DNA of 64,000 nt. It comes from Catajapyx aquilonaris (Eukaryota). Shown one piece after another: positions 23,970 to 36,600 of this stretch. The translations under genes and the position numbers were made by a program. Each line of letters begins with the position of its first letter. Within the stretch, counting starts at the first letter, position 1. The notes under the pieces are model-generated. The model was given only the letters and a program-made list of their open reading frames with translations, was not told the DNA's origin and did no database searches. Where the stretch lies: positions 1 to 64,000 of the forward strand of contig JYFJ02002401.1 of NCBI GenBank assembly GCA_000934665.2, given 5' to 3'.

Positions 23970-25320
23970 GGTTACTACGCACAAAAAAACACTTCTCGGC
24001 CGTGTTACTGCGTATATATAGGCTCATAACCTTCAAGAATTCGTGCATGGAGGGAAACAAGTTATTGAATGCGTCTCTATACAAGATATGAACCATTGTC
24101 TTGGATACTAAGAGATGCGGCACAAATCGACACTGTTATATGATCTTTCGCTAATACACCTCGGAGTAGTGTGATGAGCAGTCCAGCAGTTCAGTTCAGG
24201 TTGGCGGAGAATCTTCCAGAAAAGTCACGCCATGGTTCATCCTCCGCATCCTTTCGCCAATTCATTTTTGGCTACTTCGGGAAAATTATTGCCAGGTGAG
24301 AAACTAAGAAGTGACCAAGAGTCAAAGTGATAGCAAACACGTGTGATCAACATCGGTGTCATGGTTGAATAAATTCTTCATTGGACTTGATGTTTGTGTC
24401 TAGTAGTAGTTCAGTCCCATCGCGTGGTTAGGTTGATTTTTGAGAGATATTCTTGCAGCATTTTAAAAATGGCCAAGCGGTACTTTTGAAACGCAGGAAA
24501 ACGTAGTGGTTTGCGATTTATTGGCATGAATTTATTTTTAAGCAGTGATATTTTAGATTTGAATTTTTCGTGATTAGAAAATTTATTATCTGCTCCTATT
24601 AGGGTGATTTGAATTGTCTTTTATATCCGGAGTCGACTGTAGCTAATACTTTTGACAACCTCTAAAAGCAATTGCCCCAAAATAACTGATTAAAAATCAG
24701 CAGCGTAATGACAAGAATCTCTTACCATTACGGGCATTTCAATTGAAACACGCTCTATACAGGGTGTTCCAAGTATCGCGGTCATTTTTAGTTATCGTTG
24801 ATATGGCTCGAAGTAATTATTCTTGTGTAGCTTGTTGCGCCGAAGATTGGCCATATGGTCCTGGTGATTACCTATCATCTGATCAGTTACGGTTGCATGC
24901 ATATTAACCCATAAACTTCGGAAATTTTTCTGCACCCTATGCCTGGGTTCTTCAACCTGGACTTATAAATAAATGCCCAGGTAGTCTTATGCTGAATAGA
25001 AAAAAAAATAGCAACCACAATAGATTAAACCCTTTACTCGTCCTATTGTCATTCTTCTAGTTTCATTGTCACTTTCCGCGTACAAACCAGAGACGTCGAT
25101 GACTAGAATGTACGGAAAATGAGAGAACTATCTGACGTCATCAAGGTTTCCATGGAAAATAACCTCACAGAACAATATGAGTAAACAGTGTCAACAAACA
25201 GCAACAATGGCAGAAACGATGACGTCAGATCGTTCTCTCGTTTTCCGTACCGTACATTAGGCTACCCTAACTTGCCATTGACGTCATCGTTTTGTTGCTC
25301 ACGCAATAATGGGGTTAAAC

Positions 25321-25864
25321 CATGGAGGTATGAAACTATGGAGGTGGTGTAACGTCACGAACTTGAAGCTTGCCCCCCCCCCTCCCATTACGCTTCTTCA
25401 TTGGTCCATACGGGTCATACAAAAAATGTAGGCCGCGCTCGTTGGTGGTCTGGTGGTTAGCGCACTCGCCTCTGGTCCCAAGGTTGTGGGTTCGAACCCG
25501 GCCGAGGTCGGTGACTTTTCTCCGGGTGGTAGAATATTGAGAGTGCGCCTTCCTTCGGAGGGGAAGTAAAGCCGTTGGTTCCGTGTGCTTGTGACATTGC
25601 GCGAGTGCACGTTGAAGATACCAGAGTTGCCAAATTTCCAGGAGGAGGACCACCCCCTGGCGTCGGTGTTTAGCCTTAGCAGCAGAAATATGCCGACGTT
25701 AAGCCCCACTGATAAAGCTCTGGGTCATACAAATATGGCGAGCGGGGGGAACCAATCATAGCTCATTTCTGGGTCAGGGTAATAAGGCCGCCGGCCACCC
25801 CCTGGTACAATTTTTCATACGGGGGTATAGGGGACACCACCTCCATAGTATTCCTACCTCCATG
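25321..25864. mobile_element. hAT-like MITE (CATGGAGG TIR) carrying a SINE
   Basis: CATGGAGGTATGAAACTATGGAGGTGGTGT / ACACCACCTCCATAGTATTCCTACCTCCATG; 8-bp flanks ggttaaac / gagtaaac. Confidence 0.75.
25430..25721 (+). mobile_element. tRNA-derived SINE family S3
   Basis: TGGTCTGGTGG A-box, GGTTCGAACCC B-box, CTTCGGAGGGGAAGTAAAGCCG body, flanking duplication gggtcatacaaa (25412, 25722). Confidence 0.8.
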
Positions 25865-27694
25865 GAGTAAACAGTGTTATTTTTGTTGACACTATTTACT
25901 CATATTGTTGTGTGGGGGCATCTCCATGGAAACTGACAATGACGTCAATAGCAAGTAAGGCTTTATAACAAAATCCCATCCCAGGCCCAGCAGAATTTGT
26001 CGTCGTTTCATTTATTTATAACTTGACGGAACCAGTGCACAACCCACGCTTCGCAGCGAAATTGGTCTGGCGAAACAGATTGTAATACTATAAGGCTTCA
26101 GCAATATGACATTTCGATCCCAAATCACTCCAGACTTCGACCAATGGGGAAAAAATAATGACCACCGACTATAAATATACCACATAGTGAATACCTAGAA
26201 TTTCATACAGGTTTATGCACCTGGTTCCCTCCAGGCCCCGTCAACTTGGAATGGATCACACGATATTTCTTGCGAGAAGCCCGGTCCCGCTTTTTCCAAT
26301 TTTTTTCTCTTTTTTTTATTTTTTATTTAGCGGCAAGCGGAGTTGAGTTAGCGAGTGGCCTTGCAGACTTCCTGGGCCTGCTCAGACTCGGCACCTGCGA
26401 CTTGTTTGTTGACTATCCGAAGTGAATTGGCCTTTGTGTATGCCAGCATCGTAGGCAATCTTCTTTTGCAATGCAGCCAGTGATACCTGTCGCACCTTGG
26501 CTCATTACAAACAATGCAGTGTGCGGGTACATGTGCGCATATTTGTTACCGAGTTTGTTTACTGCCAAGGGGTGCAGGGTGCCGACGTTTCAGCTGCTGT
26601 ACAATTGACAAACAAGCGAGGGATTTGTTATGAAAATATTTGCCGTCGTGTTGGCTTCGTGGGCCAGGATAACAACTAATATTTGTGGGGAAGGTTATCG
26701 CGTCTGGGAGGCGATGAGGCAAATAACAATTTATGTAACTGATAGACAGGGGATGACATGCTGTGCCCGCTTGTCCATCCGACCCCTAGAAGGTGGAGCA
26801 ACTTAGATACATAAGAGTGATAACCCGGCCACCTAGCTTGCGATGTAGAACCGGGTGGGATATGTTGGTACCGAGTTTGACAATGTTAATAATTTTAGTA
26901 AAGAAACTATCGGATGGTGCTGATTTATATTAAAAATATATTAAAAACTGGAATGGTCAATCCGCGTTACACAGGTTCTTAGCAAAAAAGGTGTATGTTG
27001 CCCCATCATGACACAGCGCGACAATTAGGACTATCTTTTACATACCGTACATATTGGGTCACTGAAATGCCGTCAGTGGTATTAGGAAAATCCACATTCC
27101 CGTGCCAAGAACTTCACATAAAACTTACCGTACTGCAGATTATTTTTGTCTGGAGCAATATTATGAAACAATTCTTGCAAAAGGGTCCTTATGGTTTTAA
27201 CATGGGCAACGGCACGTAAAAATGGGATTGGCTAAAGCACATCAACAGCTCTGCTAAAGATTAGTGATGACTTAAATGATGGCGATATTATCCTATTTGT
27301 GTATGCAGTTTTCGTACAACCCTTCAACCCCATTTGCCACAGCTGTCTGTGGAGATAATATTACCGGATGGCTAATCCATCAGCAGGGGAGGGGGCCAGT
27401 AGATTATCGCCAGTATAAGTGCGCTCTGTAAAGGTGACGCCAATGGGTTAGTGATGGGAAATACCACACCCACTTGACAAATATCGAGTAACTCCCCCCC
27501 CCCCCCCCCCCCCCCCCCCCACCCNAGGGGTAAGTTGGATGTACCAGAATAATGATTAGTGGCTTGGCTCATGAGGTTGAGACAATAAGAAAATTAAGGA
27601 AAGTGTTTTATTATGAGTGAACTGATATTTGTGGTGCTTATTTTTTGAAGTGTGTGTTATTCAGTTTTATTTCCTTTTTAGTAATAACAGAACC

Positions 27695-30600
27695 ATGTCA
27701 GAAGCTGGTGAAGTAAATGGCAAGATAGTCAAAGAGGGATGGCTTTTTAAAAGAGGTAAGAGACATTTTCCATACACTTATGTTGTGACTCTGGTATTGT
27801 AATTGTCAGTAGTTATGGGAGATTGATTATAGCGATTATAAATTTTGGTTATGGGCCTGTACATAAATTAGGCTGACCCACCTATTATCTAGTGGCCTTC
27901 AAGTGATCTGCAGGCATGCATAGGACTGGTCTTGGGACTTGTCCAAAGGTGTCCATGAAGATATTACATGTAATGGTTGATTTCTTAGTTTGGGAAATCT
28001 TACAGTGTTAATCAGGTTATCTACAACTTCATGTCTCCTGGAAATCATAGTGTTTCAGAGGTATTGCTAAATATACATTCTTTGAGACATTATTAGTCAG
28101 TTGCGTGATTGATAGTAAATTCAGAAGAAGTGGTTGAGCCATTGTTATACACAGGATTGATCTCTTGTTCTGGGTGTACTCTAGATTATAACCATCAGCC
28201 CTAAATAAACTTAATCAGAATACAAGAGTATCATCCAATTAATTGGAAAATGCTAATAAATAACGTCACAGGACTTCACAGTAGGAATCCAACAAAGCCT
28301 TGAAAATGGAAAAAGAGTTGTGTAGCAACAAAAAGGTTGAAGATCACTGTAGGGTTTGCTCAAGTGCTTTAGGAAGATCGATTTTAATACTGCATGTTAT
28401 TAATGAGTCATCACTGCTGTTGTGCAGTGATACCCATGCAGTACAAGTGAAGCTTGTTGTGACTGGTAGGAGTACTAGTTGGCCCCACCAGGTCAGGTTT
28501 TTTGTTTTTCTGGGGATCTGATCCAAAGCACTTACAATATCTACATCAACAGTTGCAGCATCTACATTACCAAGGCTTATTGAAGAAAGGTGAACCATGT
28601 AACAATACTAATTTGGTATAAATCACCAACTCTATGGTTTAACCCTGGAACCGTGCCGTACCTACGAGTATTACGGCAACCGTGCCGTGGGGTCTTTCGG
28701 ACCCTACCATATTTTAATTTTTATTAATTATTATATAATACTTTTCAATGTATTGACTATATAGGCCTACGATCATTCTTTGAACAATGCCTAAAAGGAT
28801 CGCTAATTCAAAATAAACATGCACTTCCAATGCATATTTTTCCTTGGGGTCCAAAAAGACCCCACTGCACGGTTCCAGGGTTAAATGAGATCCAACCTTA
28901 TCAGCCGTACCATATTGTTGACTATGTGTTCAGGTACTGATGGATTTGCTATGTAGTGAGAATAAATCGTGTCTGAACACATCTGAATCTGATAGTGAAG
29001 CTTGCAAGATTTTTAAAAAATTATTCTTCCTCCAAAGCCTATGAATAACCTGCTTCTCAGTTACCTTCTTATCACCATTGTAATGCATGTTTAATGCAAG
29101 GTACATACTACCAAGATACTACATAGCCCTAAGCTTATGCTGGTAACCTGGTGCTACTATTTCAAGCACCTAATTAAGGTTACGTATACAATACCTCTGA
29201 AGTTGAATAATTTTTTTACCTCCAACATTTGGTCTTGCTAGTAAAAATAACTCACTAATTCTTGACACCAGGTCAGTAGCTGTACCATATGCACTGATAT
29301 AATGCCATTGTGTATCATATACACCATAATCATTATTCCACAAGCATCATTGCAGTGTGTGCCACATGGCTCACAGCACTGGTCTTTGTCAGACTACTGG
29401 TTACATAATATAGGGAAACATGATTTGTTCCTACTAGGAGATATTGTGCTTGTCATCAGTTTGAAATGATTAACATCTTACTTATTTTTGCAGGTGAACA
29501 CATCAAAAACTGGCGCCCACGGTATTTTGTCCTCCTTGATGATGGATCCCTGAAGGGCTTCCGGAACAAGCCAGAGCATGGGCTGAGTGATCCACTAAAC
29601 AATTTCACAGTTAAGGGCTGTCAGATCATGAAGTCGGACAGGCCCAAGCCATACACATTCATTATCCGGGGCCTCCAATGGACCACAGTAATAGAGAGGA
29701 CCTTCCATGTAGAAGCTGAGAAGGAGAGGTTGTCACTGAATTTGGCATGTTCTAAAAAAATCATCTTTTGCTCATATTAATGGAAATTTTGATGATTCAG
29801 GGAGGAGTGGGTGCAAGCCATCCAGTATGTGGCAGACAAGCTAGCAGAGAATGATGGTGATGATGTGGAGATGAGGGCAGTTGACAGATCTGCAGACAGC
29901 TATGGGCTTGGTGCATATGGAACTGATGCTGAGGAACTTAGTGTCAAGTTTTCAGTCCAAGGAACTTCTAATAGGAAGTCATCTGGGAAAAAGAAAGTGG
30001 TGAGTAACTTTTTGCATTTGTGTCAGTTTCTCATTCTGATCAAATCCACTCTTCTCCATACACAGACATTAGAAAACTTTGAATTTTTCAAAGTGCTTGG
30101 AAAGGGAACCTTTGGCAAGGTGATCTTGTGCAGAGAGAAGTCCACAGCGCAATTGTATGCCATAAAAATATTGAAGAAAGAGGTAATTATTGCTAAGGAT
30201 GAAGTGGATCACACCCTCACAGAGAACAGGGTTCTTCAGAGCACCAACCATCCATTTCTCATAGTGAGTGTTATTCTTCATTATTTAGAAATATGTGTGA
30301 GGACAAGGTTCTTATTTTTGTTCATTTCAGTCGCTTAAGTATTCATTTCAAACTGCTGACCGGTTGTGCTTTGTGATGGAGTACGTGAATGGCGGGGAAC
30401 TGTTTTTTCACCTCTCACGGGAGCGAGTCTTCTCGGAAGACAGGACAAGGTTTTATGGAGCGGAAATTATCTCAGCACTAGGGTACCTCCATGAGCATGG
30501 GATCATCTACAGAGATCTAAAGGTCAGCATTTTTTGTAGAGTGTAATTACATTTTTCAACTTTTTACTTGTCATAATTGAAGGGGTCGGTGCAATACTGC

Positions 30601-33600
30601 CCTAACCCTCCCAAACCTGATTTTGAGAAAACTGCAGTTGAAAGTTTGAGAGGCCATATACATCCCATATACCATGTGACTTATTTCATTTGATTTCTCA
30701 GTGACCGATGGCAGAAACTGCACAATTTCAATGGATTTTATTAGATACATGAGTGTAGTACATGGAAGTGTGCTTAACTCAATTTGTGTCATTTGGTGGG
30801 TTAGGGCGGTATTGCACCGACCCCTTCAATTATTTAATTGGCTTAGATTTCGACCTGTATTTATGTTGTTCAGTGTAAAAATATAATGTACCTTTCAGTA
30901 TTTGTAATCAACTGCAATATACAGGGTCAAGGGAAACTCGTGTAAAATCGCCAGGTAGACTGATAGTACTTGCAAAACTAATATAGGGCTGTGCAATTAG
31001 TTTTGGGTTCCGTTGAGTAGTTAATGCGTACAGTGCCCTTAAAGTGTAGAGGGCTGGATGGTGGAATATGAGGCAAAAACGACAAAAGTGCACGGGTGTC
31101 GTACCCGGCTTCATACTCTGACGGGATTTGATTGGCTTTTGCACATGGACGATGTGTTAGGGGACCAAGGCAAGGGACCGGAGGCCCTCGAATTGACTTT
31201 TGCTTCATAGAAGCTGGCGGAACGGATGTGACGTCACGAAACTTTGACGGCGCCGTATGCATTAACTATGCAACGGCGCCCAAAACTAATTGCACATCCC
31301 TATATTAGTTTTGCAAGTACTATCAGTCTACCTGGCGATTGTACGCGAGTTTCCCTTCACCCTGTATGTAAAGAAATAAGTTTGTCATGTAATTTTATCA
31401 TTTAAGGTGGAAATGAAGCGACTTGCTAATCAAATGAGAGTCTAGAATTGGAATGTTAATAAGAAGGGCTAAAATCAGGGAAACATACGCAACTGATGCA
31501 GCAGTAAATGCTGTTCAATCCTATGCATTCCATTCGAATCTGCATTTTAAACTCGATTTAATATGGGCCTATTACCGGCTGCAGGTTTTTGTGTGCAAGC
31601 GCAATTTTCAATACTGCCAACTTAAACATGGTATTTGGAGGTGTGCTTAATATTTTTTATTTTTGATGGAAATCGATTTTATTCGGTCGTAATTACGAGG
31701 TCCCAATTTGTCATGGCATTTTTAAAAGTTTAGTTCCGAAAGGGGAGCCTGTAGCTCTTCATTTGTGTCGGATTTGGAACACGTTCAGTTGGTACGCGTG
31801 TGACAGATAGAAGCGGCAACGCAGCAAAGGTCCGGGCCAATTATCGCGTAGCAGTATGTGACGTCATTGCCGGGTGGATTCGAATCATTCGATTATTATA
31901 TTATAATTATAACTATATAAACTAATATAACGGTTCTGACGTCTGACAAACACCCCCGCCAAACTAAAATCCTGTGTGAGCCATTGTAAAAACCATCATA
32001 CTAACTTGTACTCGTATTTCCCGGTCGTATGCAACCGTATCTCGCTACCGTAAACAACGCTGTGTTGCCACTGCCTCACTCGAGTGGAGCAATGTGAGCC
32101 CTCCTGTGAGCTAATTTGCACGGTGACGTATATTTTTTTTGCGCCATTGGTAAGAGGACATAAAACTGCGTAACATATGTTTTTTTCATAAAATTCTCAT
32201 TAAGTGACTCTAGCTTCATTTCCACCTTAAATGTTACTGAAAATATTGTAGTGACATTTAAATGGTAATTATGATAGGACTTGAAAAGTTCAAAACATAT
32301 GTTTTGAACTTTTCTGCAGCATTTCTGGGAAAGCCTATCGTTTATCCGCACCTAGCGACGAGGCGGGGTTGGGAAGGTGTGGTGGACTCCAAACATGTTG
32401 GCTACGTGTTGCAAACAATTGGTTGCCGGGAGAGCACAACAAACGGCGTAACAAAGGGCGTCTTCTTACCCAAGGCACCCGATTGTTTGCGACGCAAAGT
32501 TGCCAACCATCGGGAGGCCCCCCGCCCGCCCAACCCCGACCGCGTTATTAAGGTGCTGATAAACAATAGTTTATCCCATTTCTGAAGGGTGTTATATGCA
32601 TATCATTTAAAAAGTTTAATGCTTATGCCATTCTATGGGGAAAAAAGTGTGACTTCTATGTGAAATAAGGTCAACTCTGTCTCACCTTGCAGTTACAGCC
32701 TTTTTTTTGCTCTAGAATGGCTGACCTGTCACCAGGCCAGCAATCAGATCTTAAATGTTTCAATGTCATCTCTGTCTTTCTCCCACCATGACCACCAACT
32801 ATCCAAATCAGCTGGAGAACCTGTTGCTAGACAAAGATGGCCACATCAAGATAGCAGATTTTGGCCTCTGCAAAGAGGACATTACCTATGGACGCACCAC
32901 CAAGACTTTTTGTGGCACTCCTGAATATCTTGCACCTGAGGTCCTAGAAGACAACGATTATGGACAGGCAGTAGACTGGTGGGGAGTTGGAGTGGTCATG
33001 TATGAGATGATGATTGGGAGGCTACCCTTTTACAACCGAGACCATGATGTCCTCTTTGAGCTCATTCTGGTGGAGGAGGTCAAGTTTCCTAGAACCATTT
33101 CATCTGAGGCCAAAGATCTCCTTAGTGGACTGCTGGAAAAAGATCCTACCAAAAGGTTAGGAGGAAGCAGAGATGATGCCAAGGAAATAATGGCACATGC
33201 CTTCTTCAGCTGCATCAACTGGACTGACTTGGTGCAAAAGAAGGTAAGACCAGCACCCCATACACCATATGACATGAAGCCCTCAACAAGTTTTCGTAAA
33301 TGGTATTGACACTTGTGTATTAAATTTGCACATGTGGCAAGCCATGACAATGTAATTAGCATCGTAGGAGTGTGGAACATGTTCTAGTTGTGACTTCATG
33401 CTGGATTGGAACAGAAATCTGCACTACCATGTAGCCTAGTATATACAGGGTGAAGAAATTTATCATACTATTGCTTTGGAAAATGATAGTGGGGTTCTAG
33501 GCAATCGTTTTAAGTACAGGCAGCAGAGTTACCGAGATAATTAGCATAAAATTAAAAGCTTGTGTTTTGGCTACAGCTTACGACACTTCCATCACCTAGG

Positions 33601-36600
33601 GAATGGCCTAGGTCCTAGGCCATTCCCTGCTACACCTAACGGGATCGTCAATTCAAATTAAATTGCATGGTAACACCTTAAATTTAAATGGAAAAGGTAA
33701 GGCCACGTGGAGGGATGCATATGTGCCATGATATCTTATACCTTGTGTTTGAAGCACATTATCTTGGTAACTATGCTGGGGACACCCATGATTACCTATA
33801 CTGAAAATGATTGCCTAGAACCCCACTATCATTGCCAAAGCGACAGTGCGATAAATTTCTTCACTCTGTGTGTGTGAGCCTCTGAGGGGATGAGGCAAAC
33901 ATCTGTTCTGCCCCCATTTGACCTTCATACACCAGCCTGTGTATAACCTGTGTACAGCTTCTCCAGCAAGTAATTTTCCTCAATTGATCACATGAAAAGG
34001 GAAGGCAACTGCATCAGGATGCCTGCATTTGGATGCAATCAAATTTCATTTCAGATAGGGTGATTTTAGTTTTCAAGCTTAAATAGTAATCTGAATTGCA
34101 TTGTTACTAATTATACTCATGGTGAGGTATAAATTACACCTCCCAGTGTAGGTGTTTACTATCCTTCAAGTCAATTATAGTTCACTATGTGGCATGTCCA
34201 TAACTTTTCCATGCCTACAGAGAATGAATTTGATGATGATCTTGAGAGTTAGGCACAGACATTACGGCCCACACAGCAGCTGAGTCTTTTCATCACCAGC
34301 TACTAAGTGTGAATTTGATGCACACGATTTGTAGTCTTGCATAGTCAGAAGCTTCATGCAGCAACTGCATTTTTTTTCCAGTTTTAACATAATGTGGTTT
34401 TGAGTTTAATCTTGTATGCTAACCAAAGCTTCACATTGCATGTTCAGTTATAATACAGTGGTGCCTCGTACTTCGAACATAATCAGTTCCAGGAGGTCAT
34501 TCGAACAAGTGTCATTTCTCTGTCTTTCCCTCTTCCACCACAGATGTACTGTGGAACTCTCTTTGCCATGTGCCCTTCTTTTTAATTCAGGAATTGGATT
34601 GCATGAGGTTTAGTTATTATAAATGATGAGGATATGGTGGTCTAGTGGTAATGGCACTGGTCAGCCAAGCAGGAGGTCTGGGTTTTAAATCCTGTCCCCA
34701 TCACCTTTACTCTGTTGGTCCTTTTCCTGCCTCTCACCTGATGTGTCCAGTCAGAATTGCATTTATTTCTCTGCCCAGGGCAACAAGAAGAGATCTGGCT
34801 TTATAGCGTGGTCTGAAATTAATTGATACTGGAACAGCGCTCTCCCTTGGGAACCCTCCCTCCCCCTCCCATCCATGTCCATAGGCTTGGACATTTTGAC
34901 TAAAAACAAGAGATTCTGGATGTATTATATATAAACATCAAATAAAGGTCCATGCAACACCTCACAGGAGGTCTGCACTACCAAAATTATTTGAAAGCAA
35001 TATTATGAGGCATGGTATTCCTTCCTGTGTGCACTAAAAATGTGTCGGAGAGCAGTTTGATGTACAGGCTGTGAAGTGAGAGGAAAATGGACTAAAAATA
35101 CTGTAGAACAATAAATTACACATAATTATGATCAAGAGTTAATATCACAGACTGCAGTTAAATCAGTGTCTTCCGACTGAAGTGTGGCTGTTTTAATGAT
35201 TGTGTGGCTCTAACCAGTTTATTATGAAGATGTTTCAAACAGTAATTTTTACAGGTTATCAAAATGTTTGCTGCTAATATTAGTGTACACATATTTTGAC
35301 CAATATATGGGAATCCAGCTTACGAAAATGTGTTCAACCCAGGGCACTGGCCCTGAGAGCTGTAAACACATATCAAGGACACAAGGAGACATTTCAATGG
35401 TATATTAGTATCAACGACTGAAAGTGAGAGACCAGGTATTGGGCTTGTGATGGCTGCAGAGGAAGCACAGGGCAGTTGAGTTTTAGTGATCACTACTGAC
35501 CATATTGTGAGGAGGCAGTCATTACCTGCTGGTATCCATGAAGTATCGTGGTGGTGGTGGTGGGGAAGTGCCGTGAAGTACCGGTATTCAAGTAGGATGT
35601 TATCTACCATTGTTGTACTTTAGCAAGGTTGCAAAATATTTGTATGCACGAATGCTGTGGTCTTACACTATTGTACAACCAGTGAGTTGCTGAACTGACA
35701 TGTGCAATTCTATTTTCAATTGTGGAAGAGGTCCAGCTTTTTGATTCTTACTTTCCACAAACCTTCCATACCATTCCCAGCACCCTCACACCTTTGCCAA
35801 TAATTTCCTCCCTCTCAGTCAAAAATAAAATTGCCTGGAGAGGGCCATGTCAGTTCAAAGATGCACTCGAAGTACTCTACTGCTAATGTTCCATGGGGCA
35901 GGTACGCATGTTATCTCCTCTAGATTGAATTTGACATATTTATAAACTGTAGAAATTCTTGTTTGCAGGGAGGGGAAAGGAAATAAAATAGGCATTAGTC
36001 AAAGTTGTGAGTTCCTGTGTTCGGACCAATTTACGTCCCATGCAGAATTCTTTCAGTCTTGAACTTTTATCCAGACACATTTGGACTTCACTTACACACT
36101 GTGTCATCAGAAGGTCACACTACATGCATTGATTATACAATGGAACCTTGTACTTCGAACGCCTCTAACTTCAAATGTTCCAGAGTTTGAACGCAAAATT
36201 CGAGAGATTCGATCCGGAGTTCGAATGATGCCTCTAAGTTCGAACCAGTCCCCAGTCACTCGCCCTCTTTTCGCGTGAGCGTACCTGATTTCCCCCACCG
36301 AGGAGGATTGGCCACAGTCAGTGCTAGAGTCAACTGCCGAGATGGTCAGTCCTTACCTAGAGGGGGCAATTCTGCACCATTAGTGTCGACTCCGATTGGC
36401 TGGAGTCTTAAAGGCCTCATGTGGAGAGCCATGTTGTGGCCCAAGGAGGCCAGCCAATCAGAGTCGCCTTACTTAGCGGGGCAATTCTGAACCGTTAGGG
36501 TCAATGGTTCAGAATTGCCCCGCTAAGTAAGGCGTGACCATCTAGGCAGTTGACTCTAGCACCGACCCTCGCCAATCCCCCTCGGTGGGGGAGATTAGCT

